Of a DNA stretch of 32,000 nucleotides, positions 10,323 to 20,309 are shown one piece after another. The position numbers were made by a program, and so were the translations under genes. Position 1 is the first letter of the stretch. Every line of letters begins with the position of its first letter. Origin of the DNA: Nitrosococcus oceani ATCC 19707 (GTDB taxonomy: Bacteria; Pseudomonadota; Gammaproteobacteria; Nitrosococcales; Nitrosococcaceae); assembly GCF_000012805.1 (NCBI RefSeq), contig NC_007484.1:1530001-1562000 (forward strand). Direction: 5' to 3'. The notes under the pieces were generated by a model that was given only the letters and a program-made list of their open reading frames with translations, was not told the DNA's origin and did not search any database.

Positions 10323-10964
10323 ATGGATACGAAATTGACCAAGGTGGTGCGGGAAGGCCGCTACATTGGCAGCCTGGATGTGAAGCCGGGGGAGCATTAT
10401 GACCCGGAATTCGAAGCCAGCGTGGAGGAAATTTTAACCCGCTTGGGCGAAGATCCCAAACGTGAGGGACTTAAACGTACTCCACAGCGAGTTGCTAAAG
10501 CCCTTGATTTTCTTACGAGTGGTTATCATATGACGGTGGAAGAGGTGGTCAAGGATGCCCTCTTTGAGGATGAATGCGAGGAAATGGTTATTGTCAAGGA
10601 TGTGGAATTCTATTCTCTGTGTGAGCATCACATGCTGCCTTTTTTCGGACGGGCCCATGTGGGCTACCTGCCGAAGGGACGCATTGTGGGGCTGAGTAAA
10701 ATCGCCCGGGTGATTGATGTCTTTGCCCGGCGGCTCCAGGTGCAAGAACGCCTCACCACTCAAATTGCGAGTGGGTTAATGGCAGTACTTAATGCCCGCG
10801 GCGTTGGCGTTGTTTTGGAAGCTTGTCATTTTTGTATGGTCATGCGAGGCGTGCAGAAACAGAATAGCCAGACGGTTACCAGTGCTATGTTGGGGACATT
10901 TCGCGAGGACTCACGGACTCGGGCCGAGTTTATGGAGTTAATACGCCGTTCCTCGGTCAGTTAA
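10323..10964 (+). CDS. folE: GTP cyclohydrolase I (FolE, type 1)
   Basis: Conserved [11 protein letters not shown] and [23 protein letters not shown] motifs; 213 aa. Confidence 0.95.
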   Translation: MDTKLTKVVREGRYIGSLDVKPGEHYDPEFEASVEEILTRLGEDPKREGLKRTPQRVAKALDFLTSGYHMTVEEVVKDALFEDECEEMVIVKDVEFYSLCEHHMLPFFGRAHVGYLPKGRIVGLSKIARVIDVFARRLQVQERLTTQIASGLMAVLNARGVGVVLEACHFCMVMRGVQKQNSQTVTSAMLGTFREDSRTRAEFMELIRRSSVS

Positions 10965-11309
10965 CTGGCTGTTTTCGGTAATGGATGTGTTTATCGTAAC
11001 AGAGGTTATAATAGCGCGATAGGGTTTGGTTTATGCGGTTTCAAAGAACGACTACAGTCCATTATACAGCGAGTAAATCTATTCGCTGCTCTGTCGTAAT
11101 TTATCCTTGATCAGTTGCTGATGGTAGCCCATCAGTGTATCCCGTGTCTGGAGAAGAGCCGATTCTACTACCCGAGCGTTTTCCTGTTCATTAAGTTCCT
11201 TCCGCGCCTATTGGGAAGCCGTCATTAAGATTAATAAGGAAAAGGCCCTATCGTGGCTATGAAAATCGTTTTGGCTTTCGTAACTTAATAAAGATTTTAA
11301 GGAGTTTCC

Positions 11310-12065
11310 ATGAGCGATCTAACAAAGGAGCATATTCAAGCTTTCAAGCACGATGGCTTTGCCATAGTACGGGGATTTTATAATGATCAGGAAATGGCGC
11401 AAATTAGCCGTTGGGTAGACGAAGTTCAGGCTTATCCCGATGCTCCCGGCAAGTACCAGCGTTATTATGAGGATTCCCTTGCTGAGCCTGGCCGGCGATT
11501 GTTAAATCGTATGGAGAATTTCTCTCCTTATCATGAGGGGTTTGCTCAATTATTTTGCAAGAGCAAGCTTGAGAAAGCAATTTCTGAGCTCTTTGGAGAG
11601 CCTGCAGTCCTTTTCAAGGAAAAAATCAACTTCAAATTTCCTGGTGGCGATGGTTTTAAACCCCATCAAGATCACCAAGCGGGCTGGTGGGAATATAATA
11701 GCCTTTGTATCACGGCACTTATTTGTATTGACGAGGCTAATAAGGAAAATGGTTGCCTAGAAATTGTTCCAGGAAAGCATAAAATCGGTATGTTCAAGGA
11801 ATGGGCACCGTTGGGGGAAGATGAGATGAAAGAGATGGCATTTATCTCTTGCCCAACTCAGCCGGGGGATATGATTTTTTTTGACTCTTTTACTCCCCAT
11901 GGCTCTCAGCCCAATCTTACGGATAAGCAGCGGCGGCTTCTTTTTGTGACTTACAATCGCCTTTCGGAAGGAGATGCCCGCGAGCGGTATTATGAGGATA
12001 AGCGCAAAAATTATCCCCAGGATTGCGAGCGGGAGGAAGGAAAGGAATATGTATTCCGGGTCTAG
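11310..12065 (+). CDS. Phytanoyl-CoA dioxygenase (PhyH) family Fe(II)/2-oxoglutarate oxygenase
   Basis: An AGGAG sequence precedes the ATG. It has an HxD (KPHQDH) plus a distal His (FTPHGSQPN) facial triad and a PhyH-like N-terminus (FKHDGFAIVRGF). Confidence 0.8.
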   Translation: MSDLTKEHIQAFKHDGFAIVRGFYNDQEMAQISRWVDEVQAYPDAPGKYQRYYEDSLAEPGRRLLNRMENFSPYHEGFAQLFCKSKLEKAISELFGEPAVLFKEKINFKFPGGDGFKPHQDHQAGWWEYNSLCITALICIDEANKENGCLEIVPGKHKIGMFKEWAPLGEDEMKEMAFISCPTQPGDMIFFDSFTPHGSQPNLTDKQRRLLFVTYNRLSEGDARERYYEDKRKNYPQDCEREEGKEYVFRV

Positions 12066-12183
12066 GGATGGTGGTGGCCTTTCATGTTTCTTTGGCTTGG
12101 CGTAGTATGCTGGGTTAGGGAGAGCTATCCACGGTTTTGGTAGGTAACTCTAAGAAGAAGCGGCTGTTGGAAAGATCTTTTCT

Positions 12184-13323
12184 ATGAATTCTAACGAGGG
12201 CGATCTTGCTTTAGTGATGAGCGGCGGAGGGGCCCGCGCTGCTTATCAGATCGGGTTTCTCAATTGCCTTGCCCAGCTTTATCCTGAGCTGAAAATACCT
12301 ATTTTAACTGGGGTTTCCGCCGGCGCTATCAATGCCGCTTATTTGGCTAATCAGCCCGGTACTTTCAGCGAAAGGGTTGAAGGCTTGACCAAGATATGGG
12401 CGGGGCTTGCCACAGAACAGATGTTTCGGGTCGATTCATTTTCCATTGTCAGTAATGTAGTCCGTTGGAGCCTTCGTCTGTTGTTAGGGGGGGCCTCCCA
12501 TACTATTAAAGTCCGCAGCCTTTTGGATACTTCTCCTCTGGAGGTGCTGCTAGAGCAGGTTTTTGATCTAAATGACGGTTATTTGACAGGTATTCAACGT
12601 AATTTGGGGGGAGGGGAGTTAAAAGCTATTGCCATCACTACTTCCAATTATTCCACGGGCCAATCCGTAAGCTGGGTGCAGGGGCGGGAATTGCGGCGCT
12701 GGGAGCGAGCTCATCGCAAGGGAATTCAATGCGCTTTGAAACGCAAGCATATTCTGGCTTCTGTTTCCTTACCCTTCTTTTTCCCAGCGGTGGAGATTGG
12801 TGGGTATTGGCATGGCGATGGGGGTATCCGCATGACCGCGCCTTTGTCACCGGCTATCCATCTTGGGGCTAGTCGGATATTAGCTATTTCAACCCACTAT
12901 GCCCCCAATTATGAGGAAGATAATTATCCCAATATCGATCATTATCCACCGCCTATCCAGGTGGCTGGCTCGCTTTTCGATGCAATCTTTTTGGATGTAT
13001 TTGATAATGATGCCTTGCGGTTGGAGCGGATCAACCGATTGGTAGCTAGATTGCCGGAACGGCAGCGTTATGGTTTGCGCCCCGTTAAGCTTCTACTGTC
13101 ACGGCCATCCCAGGATTTAGGCAAGCTGGCTAACGAGTATGAGTCAACGCTGCCACGTTCCTTCCGCTTTATGACCCGGGGGCTCGGTACTCAGGAAACT
13201 CGCAGTAATGATGTTTTGAGCTTGCTGATGTTTCAACCTGATTATCTTGAGCGCCTGATGGAATTGGGAAGACAGGATGCCCAGCAGCGAAGCAATGAAA
13301 TCCGTGAGTTTCTGGAGAGGTAA
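12184..13323 (+). CDS. Patatin-like phospholipase family protein
   Basis: Oxyanion GGGARAAYQIG, nucleophile elbow GVSAGA (GxSxG) and catalytic Asp in HGDGGI. Confidence 0.85.
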   Translation: MNSNEGDLALVMSGGGARAAYQIGFLNCLAQLYPELKIPILTGVSAGAINAAYLANQPGTFSERVEGLTKIWAGLATEQMFRVDSFSIVSNVVRWSLRLLLGGASHTIKVRSLLDTSPLEVLLEQVFDLNDGYLTGIQRNLGGGELKAIAITTSNYSTGQSVSWVQGRELRRWERAHRKGIQCALKRKHILASVSLPFFFPAVEIGGYWHGDGGIRMTAPLSPAIHLGASRILAISTHYAPNYEEDNYPNIDHYPPPIQVAGSLFDAIFLDVFDNDALRLERINRLVARLPERQRYGLRPVKLLLSRPSQDLGKLANEYESTLPRSFRFMTRGLGTQETRSNDVLSLLMFQPDYLERLMELGRQDAQQRSNEIREFLER

Positions 13324-13336
13324 GAATCTTTTTGGG

Positions 13337-14182
13337 TTATGATTTAAGATGAGTTCTATGGAAACGCAGATGCTCATCAATAAAACTGGCGATAAAGTAG
13401 TAGCTGTGATCATAACCCTCATGGCGTCGCAGTTGCAGGGGGTAGCCACTGGTCTGTGCTGCCGTTAGCAGCGTTTCTGGCTTTAACTCGGTATGTAAGA
13501 AGTTATCCGCTTCGCCCTGGTCCACCAAGGCCGGTACGAATCGATTTGCAGTACGCATCAATTCGCTGGCGTCATACTGCCGCCATGTATCCTCCTGAGG
13601 ACCAAGATAGGCTGAGAAGGCCTTCTGACCCCAAGGGCAGTTCATGGGGTTACTGATCGGACTGAATGCGGATACCGACTGGTAGTGCTCTGGGTTACGT
13701 ATGGCAATGATCAAAGCACCATGTCCCCCCATGGAGTGGCCCGCAATTGAACGCCGCCCGGAAACCGGAAATTGGGCCTCAATGAGCGCTGGGAGTTCCT
13801 GTACTACATAGTCATACATTTGATAATGGGACTGCCATGGTGGTTGGGTGGCATTGACATAGAAGCCTGCCCCTTTGCCCAAATCATAGGCGCCCTCTGG
13901 ATCGTCCGCCACTTCCTTGCCCCGCGGGCTAGTATCTGGCGCTACTATCGCAATTCCCAGTTCAGCGGCGATACGATGCGCACCGGCCTTTTGCATAAAA
14001 TTTTCATCAGTGCAGGTTAGCCCAGACAACCAGTACAACACTGGGACTTTTGTTCCCGCGGTAGCTTGAGGCGGCAGATAGATAGCGAAGCGCATCTTGC
14101 AGTTTAAGCTTGAAGCGTGATGGTTATGTTGTTGATGCCAGCCACCAAAGCTTTTGTTGCGGCTTAAGTTTTCAAGGGTCAT
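13337..14182 (-). CDS. fghA: S-formylglutathione hydrolase (esterase D family)
   Basis: GHSMGGHGA nucleophile motif, a C-terminal GYDHSYYF, and a position directly downstream of the class III ADH gene. Confidence 0.9.
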   Translation of the reverse strand: MTLENLSRNKSFGGWHQQHNHHASSLNCKMRFAIYLPPQATAGTKVPVLYWLSGLTCTDENFMQKAGAHRIAAELGIAIVAPDTSPRGKEVADDPEGAYDLGKGAGFYVNATQPPWQSHYQMYDYVVQELPALIEAQFPVSGRRSIAGHSMGGHGALIIAIRNPEHYQSVSAFSPISNPMNCPWGQKAFSAYLGPQEDTWRQYDASELMRTANRFVPALVDQGEADNFLHTELKPETLLTAAQTSGYPLQLRRHEGYDHSYYFIASFIDEHLRFHRTHLKS

Positions 14183-14220
14183 GTTTGGGCTCCAAGTAGT
14201 CTCTCAGTCAATTTTATTGA

Positions 14221-15393
<1,173 letters not shown>

Positions 15394-15506
15394 TTATTTA
15401 TCGGAAGATAATAATATCCGAGGGTATTCCTGCTGCTATTTGGAAGAGGTAACCGGCATTTGGAGGAGCTAGCTATCAAACTAGAAAACAGTGAAAATAA
15501 TAGGAA

Positions 15507-15546
15507 CAGACTTATCCACAATAGTTGTGGATAAGTCTGTGGATAA
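15507..15546. promoter_or_regulatory. Cluster of three perfect consensus DnaA boxes (a 33-bp perfect palindrome plus one tandem box)
   Basis: TTATCCACA at 15512-15520; TGTGGATAA at 15526-15534 and 15538-15546. The arms cagacttatccacaa (15507-15521) and ttgtggataagtctg (15525-15539) are perfect reverse complements around the spacer tag. Confidence 0.75.
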
Positions 15547-16010
15547 AGAGAGGGTGCTCTCCTGCTAAGCCCCAACTGCCATGGCTTTTTTACAAATCGG
15601 TGAAAAAATAGCCAATCTAAAATTGCTTTATAGATCATATAGTTATAAAAAATTTCTTAGAAGACTTGAAGTTAGCGCCTAGGCGAGAGAACTTGCCCTT
15701 GTAATAAAGGATTATCTGTTGAAAACTTTTTTGTAAAAACGGTAAATTCTGGAATTGTCAAGTCCCTAATACAGATTTGAATCTCTGGTTTTGCCAAAAC
15801 TTCCATCTCTACCAGGCATTTAAATCCTTACAGATACATACCTCACCACTTACAGCATATTTAAGCATAATTTACCAATGGAGGCTAAGATAAAAATAGG
15901 AGCGCTGGAAAAACGGAATGTCCCAATTTTTAAAGATACTGGTTTTTCACTCTCTAAAAGTTATCGCATTAGTACGATAGGGGTTGTAATAGATTTTCGG
16001 TGGGAAGGAG

Positions 16011-16748
16011 GTGATAGTGAATAGAGTGATATTACTTCGTCATGGTGAAAGCGTGTGGAATTTGGAGAATCGGTTCACCGGTTGGACGGATGTCGATCTT
16101 TCCGCAAATGGCGTTGAAGAAGCCCGTCTTGCAGGTAAGATTTTGAAAAATGAAGGGTATCAATTCGATAAGGCCTATACGTCGGTACTTAAGCGGGCTA
16201 TTCGTACCCTCTGGATCGTAGAAGAAATGATGGATCTGGTATGGCTCCCTGTGGAGAAACGGTGGGAGCTAAATGAGCGTCACTATGGCAACCTGCAAGG
16301 GTTGAACAAAGCAGAAATGGCTAAGCAATATGGTGCGGAGCTAGTGCATCAGTGGCGCCGGGGTTATGGAATAGAGCCACCGCCATTGGATAATTCTGAT
16401 CCACGGCACCCACGCTTCGATAGGCGTTATGCAGGTTTGGCTCCTGAAGCGTTGCCAGCATCAGAATCCCTTAAAAAAACCCTTAAGCGGGTTATTCCAT
16501 GTTGGAAGCAACACATCTTACCGGATATTGCTGCTGGCAAGGAGTTGATTATTGTTGCCCACGGTAATTCCTTGCGGGCTTTATATAAACATCTTGAGGG
16601 ATTATCTGATCAGGAGGTGATGGAGCTTAATATTCCTACGGGTATTCCCTTGGTGTTCGAGTTAGACAGTGCTTTCAGGCCAACCGCCCATTATTATTTA
16701 GCTGATTCTGAAAAGAGTCAGGTGGTGATCGGCGATACCGCCCATTAG
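16011..16748 (+). CDS. gpmA: 2,3-bisphosphoglycerate-dependent phosphoglycerate mutase
   Basis: LRHGESVWN phosphohistidine motif and AHGNSLRAL. The GTG at 16017 (5 nt after AGGAGG) is an equally good or better start than the GTG at 16011. Confidence 0.95.
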   Translation: MIVNRVILLRHGESVWNLENRFTGWTDVDLSANGVEEARLAGKILKNEGYQFDKAYTSVLKRAIRTLWIVEEMMDLVWLPVEKRWELNERHYGNLQGLNKAEMAKQYGAELVHQWRRGYGIEPPPLDNSDPRHPRFDRRYAGLAPEALPASESLKKTLKRVIPCWKQHILPDIAAGKELIIVAHGNSLRALYKHLEGLSDQEVMELNIPTGIPLVFELDSAFRPTAHYYLADSEKSQVVIGDTAH

Positions 16749-16798
16749 ACTATATAATTCTGCTCCCATTTTTCCAGATAGAAAGGCTAAATCAAGCG

Positions 16799-17917
16799 GT
16801 GCTAAAGCGAAAGAAAATCTCTATTGGCTCCTTGGCGTTGTTGTTGGTACTCGCATTTACTGTAGGGATAGGGTGGCAGGGATTTGCAGAGCGGTTTTTG
16901 GAAGCGCCTCCTCCGGCAGAGCCGCGCCCCGTTCTGGCGCGTGGAGACTTGGCCGCAGTTGAGAAATCAACGATTGAGCTCTTTCGTAAAGTCTCCCCCG
17001 CCGTAGTTTTTATCACCACCCTATCCCGGCACCGTGATTGGTTCAGCTTAAATGTGCAAGAGATCCCCCGGGGGACTGGCTCGGGCTTTATTTGGGATGA
17101 TAGCGGCCATATTGTGACTAATTTACACGTTGTGCAAGGATCGAATGCTGCTAAGGTGACCCTATATGACCACTCAACTTGGGATGCCAAACTGATTGGG
17201 GCGGCCCCTGAAAAGGATTTAGCGGTACTGCGGATTAAGGCGCCGCGAAACAAGCTTATGCCTATCGCCATCGGTAGTTCCGGTGATCTCCAAGTAGGTC
17301 AAAAAGCATTTGCGATTGGTAACCCCTTTGGTCTGGATCAAACGTTAACTACGGGGGTGATCAGCGCCTTGGGTAGAGAAATGGAGTCGGCGGCAAGAAT
17401 TCCCATTCGCAATGTGATTCAAACGGACGCCGCCATTAACCCAGGAAACTCAGGAGGGCCTTTGCTGGATAGTGCCGGGCGCCTGATGGGAGTGAATACA
17501 GCGATTTATAGCCCTTCCGGTACCTATGCCGGGATTGGTTTTGCTATTCCCGTGGATACGGTCAATTGGGTAGTACCGGAACTGATTGCCAAGGGCCGAG
17601 TGGAGCGGCCAACGTTGGGGATTGAATTGTTGCCAGCGCGGGCTATGGCCAATATGAGAGTGGAGGGGGCGGTCATTCTGCGCGTGATTCCGGGTAGTGG
17701 CGCGGAGCAAGCCGGTTTGCGGGGGGTCCAACGCGACTCCCTGGGACGGATCTATCTGGGGGATATTATCGTTGCGGTCGAGGGTCAGCCCGTATTGGAT
17801 GCCGATGATTTAGTCTTAGCCCTTGAGCGGCGTCAAGCTGGCGAAAAAATTCAGGTGCAGGTGATTCGTGAAGAGCAACGACTGGATATAGAGGTGACAT
17901 TAGGCTCACCGGCATAG
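16799..17917 (+). CDS. HtrA/DegS-family S1C serine protease with one PDZ domain
   Basis: N-terminal membrane anchor, catalytic triad contexts TNLHVV, DLAVLRI and GNSGGPL, and a C-terminal PDZ. The start is a GTG. Confidence 0.9.
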   Translation: MLKRKKISIGSLALLLVLAFTVGIGWQGFAERFLEAPPPAEPRPVLARGDLAAVEKSTIELFRKVSPAVVFITTLSRHRDWFSLNVQEIPRGTGSGFIWDDSGHIVTNLHVVQGSNAAKVTLYDHSTWDAKLIGAAPEKDLAVLRIKAPRNKLMPIAIGSSGDLQVGQKAFAIGNPFGLDQTLTTGVISALGREMESAARIPIRNVIQTDAAINPGNSGGPLLDSAGRLMGVNTAIYSPSGTYAGIGFAIPVDTVNWVVPELIAKGRVERPTLGIELLPARAMANMRVEGAVILRVIPGSGAEQAGLRGVQRDSLGRIYLGDIIVAVEGQPVLDADDLVLALERRQAGEKIQVQVIREEQRLDIEVTLGSPA

Positions 17918-17942
17918 GTTTTTCCTAGTAGTCCGCACTCGC

Positions 17943-18085
17943 CTCTAAAGCCTAAAGTGACAATTGGAGATTCTTTCTGAAAAATTTGTAAGTGAATGGT
18001 TCTTAAATATCTTTTTTGAGAAGAGAGGCTATTAGAGGGTAAATAAACAGGAAAAAGTATCAAGCTTATTACAACCTTGATTTAG
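17943..18085 (+). repeat. Direct repeat copy A (about 143 bp), left boundary of the IS-rich insertion
   Basis: Aligns by eye with 24918-25060 at roughly 85-90% identity (about 17 substitutions and 2 small indels), e.g. ggagattctttctg, tttgtaagtgaatg and gtatcaagcttattacaa are shared. Confidence 0.8.
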
Positions 18086-18190
18086 GGCGTCTTCTCAACT
18101 TTAGTTAGGTCGACAATTTTCGGGTCCCCCTCCTTAACTCTTTGTGATTCAATAAGGCAGGTTTAATTCGCAACGAACGAAGGGAGCCAT

Positions 18191-18506
18191 GCCGAATTAT
18201 GGAAAAAGCTGGCGCCGTTGTTACCGGGGCCAAAAAGGCAAGTAGGCCGTTCTGCTGATTTGCCGCTGGCGGGAGCGGGGTGTATGGGCGTAAATCCTTG
18301 AAAAAGTATCAGCCGAACCAGACATGGAAGGGTTGATGGTCGATGCTTTTCATATTAAGGGTCACCCGCATGCGCTGGTGCAAAAGGGGGAATTAGGCCG
18401 TGCTAAAGGCGGCCTGAATTCGAAACTCCATATTGCCGTTGATGCGCACGGCAATCCGGTGTGAATCAGTTGAACAAAGGGAACGGTGGCTGATTGCAGG
18501 GAATGT
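18191..18506 (+). pseudogene. IS5-family (IS427/IS1031-like) transposase remnant with internal deletion, frameshifts and stops
   Basis: Translated pieces are ELWKKLAPLLPGPKRQVGRSADLP, then GVWA*ILEKVSAEPDMEGLMVDAFHIKGHPHA...GRAKGGLNSKLHIAVDAHGNPV*. These match conserved blocks of DDE_Tnp_1 IS5-type transposases. Confidence 0.7.
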
Positions 18507-18509
18507 TTG

Positions 18510-18761
18510 CCTTATACCCGCGCGACAAATGTGATAGAGAGCGTCTTTGCAACCGTGCGTCTGCGATCAAACAAGGTTAAAAACTGCACCTCCGAAACTA
18601 CATTGCCGGCCATGATGTTCAAGTTTGCGTTCTCAGCAAAAAAGCAATGGCTTAAAATCAGAGGCTTTGACCTGCTCAAAAATGTCATTCAGGGCGTGAA
18701 TTTTGTGGACGGCGTACAGCAAGATGAGATACAAACAGATTCAGTGAGGTATGCTAGTTAA
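18510..18761 (+). pseudogene. IS256-family (mutator-type) transposase, C-terminal fragment
   Basis: TRATNVIESVFATVRLRSNKVKNCTSETTLPAMMFKFAFSAKKQWLKIRGFDLLKNVIQGVNFVDG matches the conserved TTNxIESxFATVRLR...VIxGVxFxDG C-terminus of IS256-family transposases. It abuts the IS5 fragment with no N-terminal part. Confidence 0.75.
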
Positions 18762-19011
18762 CATATCCCATACACCACTTTCTCGGGCATAGCGCCATCA
18801 ATCTCAGCTTCGGCTTTAGTCCTTGCTAGACCTACAGAACCAATCAGCTCCAGCTTTTGTGCTTCATTAACTGGATAGTAGCCGAGCAAATTAAAAGCAA
18901 ATGATTGTAATTTGAGGCTGGTGTTAACCCCTGTACCTAAAACGTTATTTACATCTTCCTCGAGAGTACGACTGTATAGCCAAGCTCATATAGATTGATC
19001 ATGCTTTATAG

Positions 19012-19815
19012 ATGACTTATCCCTCTTCATTCCGCCGTAAAGTTCTATCCGTTCGCGAGAAGGAAGGGCTTACGATGGCGCAGGTGGCGGCGCGTTTTTG
19101 TGTGGGTGTGGCCAGCGTCCCACGCTGGGTTAAAAACCCTGAGCCCAAGCTCACCCGTCATAAACCGGCGACGAAGATGGATAGAGACGCTCTGGCACGT
19201 GATGTGTTGGAGCATCCCGATGCGTATCACTATGAACGCGCACGGCGGCTGGGCGTGAGCGAGAAAGGCATCGGCCATGCTCTGCCTCGTAGGGGCATCA
19301 CCTATAAAAAAAACGCTAAAGCATCCGCGCCGATGCGAAGGCGCGCGGCCTCTGTTCCAGACATTCATTAGGTGGCACAAGCTGAATAAGCGCCCGATTG
19401 TTTATATTGATGAGAGCGGCTTTGCCCATGATAGGCCACGGACACATGGTGATGCGCCCAAAGGGCTGAGATGTTTTGGAGAGCAGGATTGGCATGCCAA
19501 GGGAGGCACCCATGCGATGGGGGCTTTAATCGGCAAAGCATGGCTCACCGTTAAATATAAATGCCGATATTTTTACCGCATGGGTAGCCCAGGACCTCTT
19601 GCCCAAACTGCCTGCTCAAAGCGTTGTTATCATGGTTAATGCAACCTTCCACAAACGCGAAGACACCTAAAACATGATCCAAAATACAGGCCATCGCTTG
19701 CTTTACCTGCCTGCCTACTCCCCGGATTTAAATCCTATCGAACAAAAATAGGCGCAAGCCAAAGCACTCAGAAAGAAAAATTATTGCTCAATTGCTGAAA
19801 TCTTCATAAGTAAAT
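19012..19815 (+). pseudogene. IS630-family transposase, disrupted by frameshifts and stops
   Basis: HTH N-terminus (ORF 19012..19371), then in other frames IVYIDESGFAHDRPRTHGDAPKG...DWHAKG and, after stops, YSPDLNPIEQK*AQAKALRKK. These are the IS630/Tc1-like DDE signature blocks. Confidence 0.8.
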
Positions 19816-19849
19816 CAATTTATATGACGGAGGCTATAATCAACTTCCA

Positions 19850-20150
19850 AACTGCGGCAGCCAGTATGCCCCAGCCCATTACCGCCAGACGCTTACCCAA
19901 CAGAACTTTGTGCTGGGCATGGGTTGCCGCGAGAGCTGCTGGGATAGTACGCCGGCGGAGAGTTTCTTCCACACCCTCAAGGCTATCGGTCCGGGGAAGA
20001 GGCCAAGCAAGAGATCTTTGAGTATATATCGAAGCCTTTTATAACCGCCAGCATCGCCATTCCTCCATTGGCTATCGGATGCCAGCTTGCTACGATGCCC
20101 AGTACCAAAAGGCCGCGTAATGTTGTGTCCAGAAAACCTTTGCCATAACC
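19850..20150 (+). pseudogene. IS3-family orfB (DDE transposase) 3' fragment with its terminal repeat, frameshifted
   Basis: GSQYAPAHYRQTLTQQNFVLGMGCRESCWDSTPAESFFHTLK, then in another frame EEAKQEIFEYI...FYNRQHRHSSIGY. The terminus gtccagaaaacctttgcca (20127-20145) resembles the IRR of the IS3 copy at 23737. Confidence 0.75.
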
Positions 20151-20309
20151 AATTGATCATTTACGCCGTAAAAATTGCCAGTACAAGCAGAAAATATAGA
20201 GCGGCTATGATCTATGATCTGGCATGGGTCAGAACTCACGAAAAATGATTTGTAAGATGGGAAATCTTTTATTAATATTCTGCTTTAAATAAAGAATTAG
20301 AGAAATCCA

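Noticed and set aside
11079-11225. Small minus-strand ORF (MTASQ-TAG-ARKELNEQENARVVESALLQTRDTLMGYHQQLIKDKLRQSSE) in the folE/PhyH gap, considered as a decayed antitoxin-like gene
   Set aside because: It is only about 49 codons, is interrupted by an in-frame TAG at codon 6, has no partner ORF and shows no family I can name. Evidence is insufficient.
16792-17271. 159-aa antisense ORF over the start of the HtrA-family gene
   Set aside because: It is a shadow ORF. The sense frame carries the full catalytic triad and PDZ.
19045-20160. Antisense ORFs within the IS630 and IS3 remnants (19045..19380, 19316..19513, 19879..20160, plus 19824..20021 on the + strand)
   Set aside because: Transposase homology explains this DNA in other frames. 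These ORFs are by-products of decayed coding sequence.
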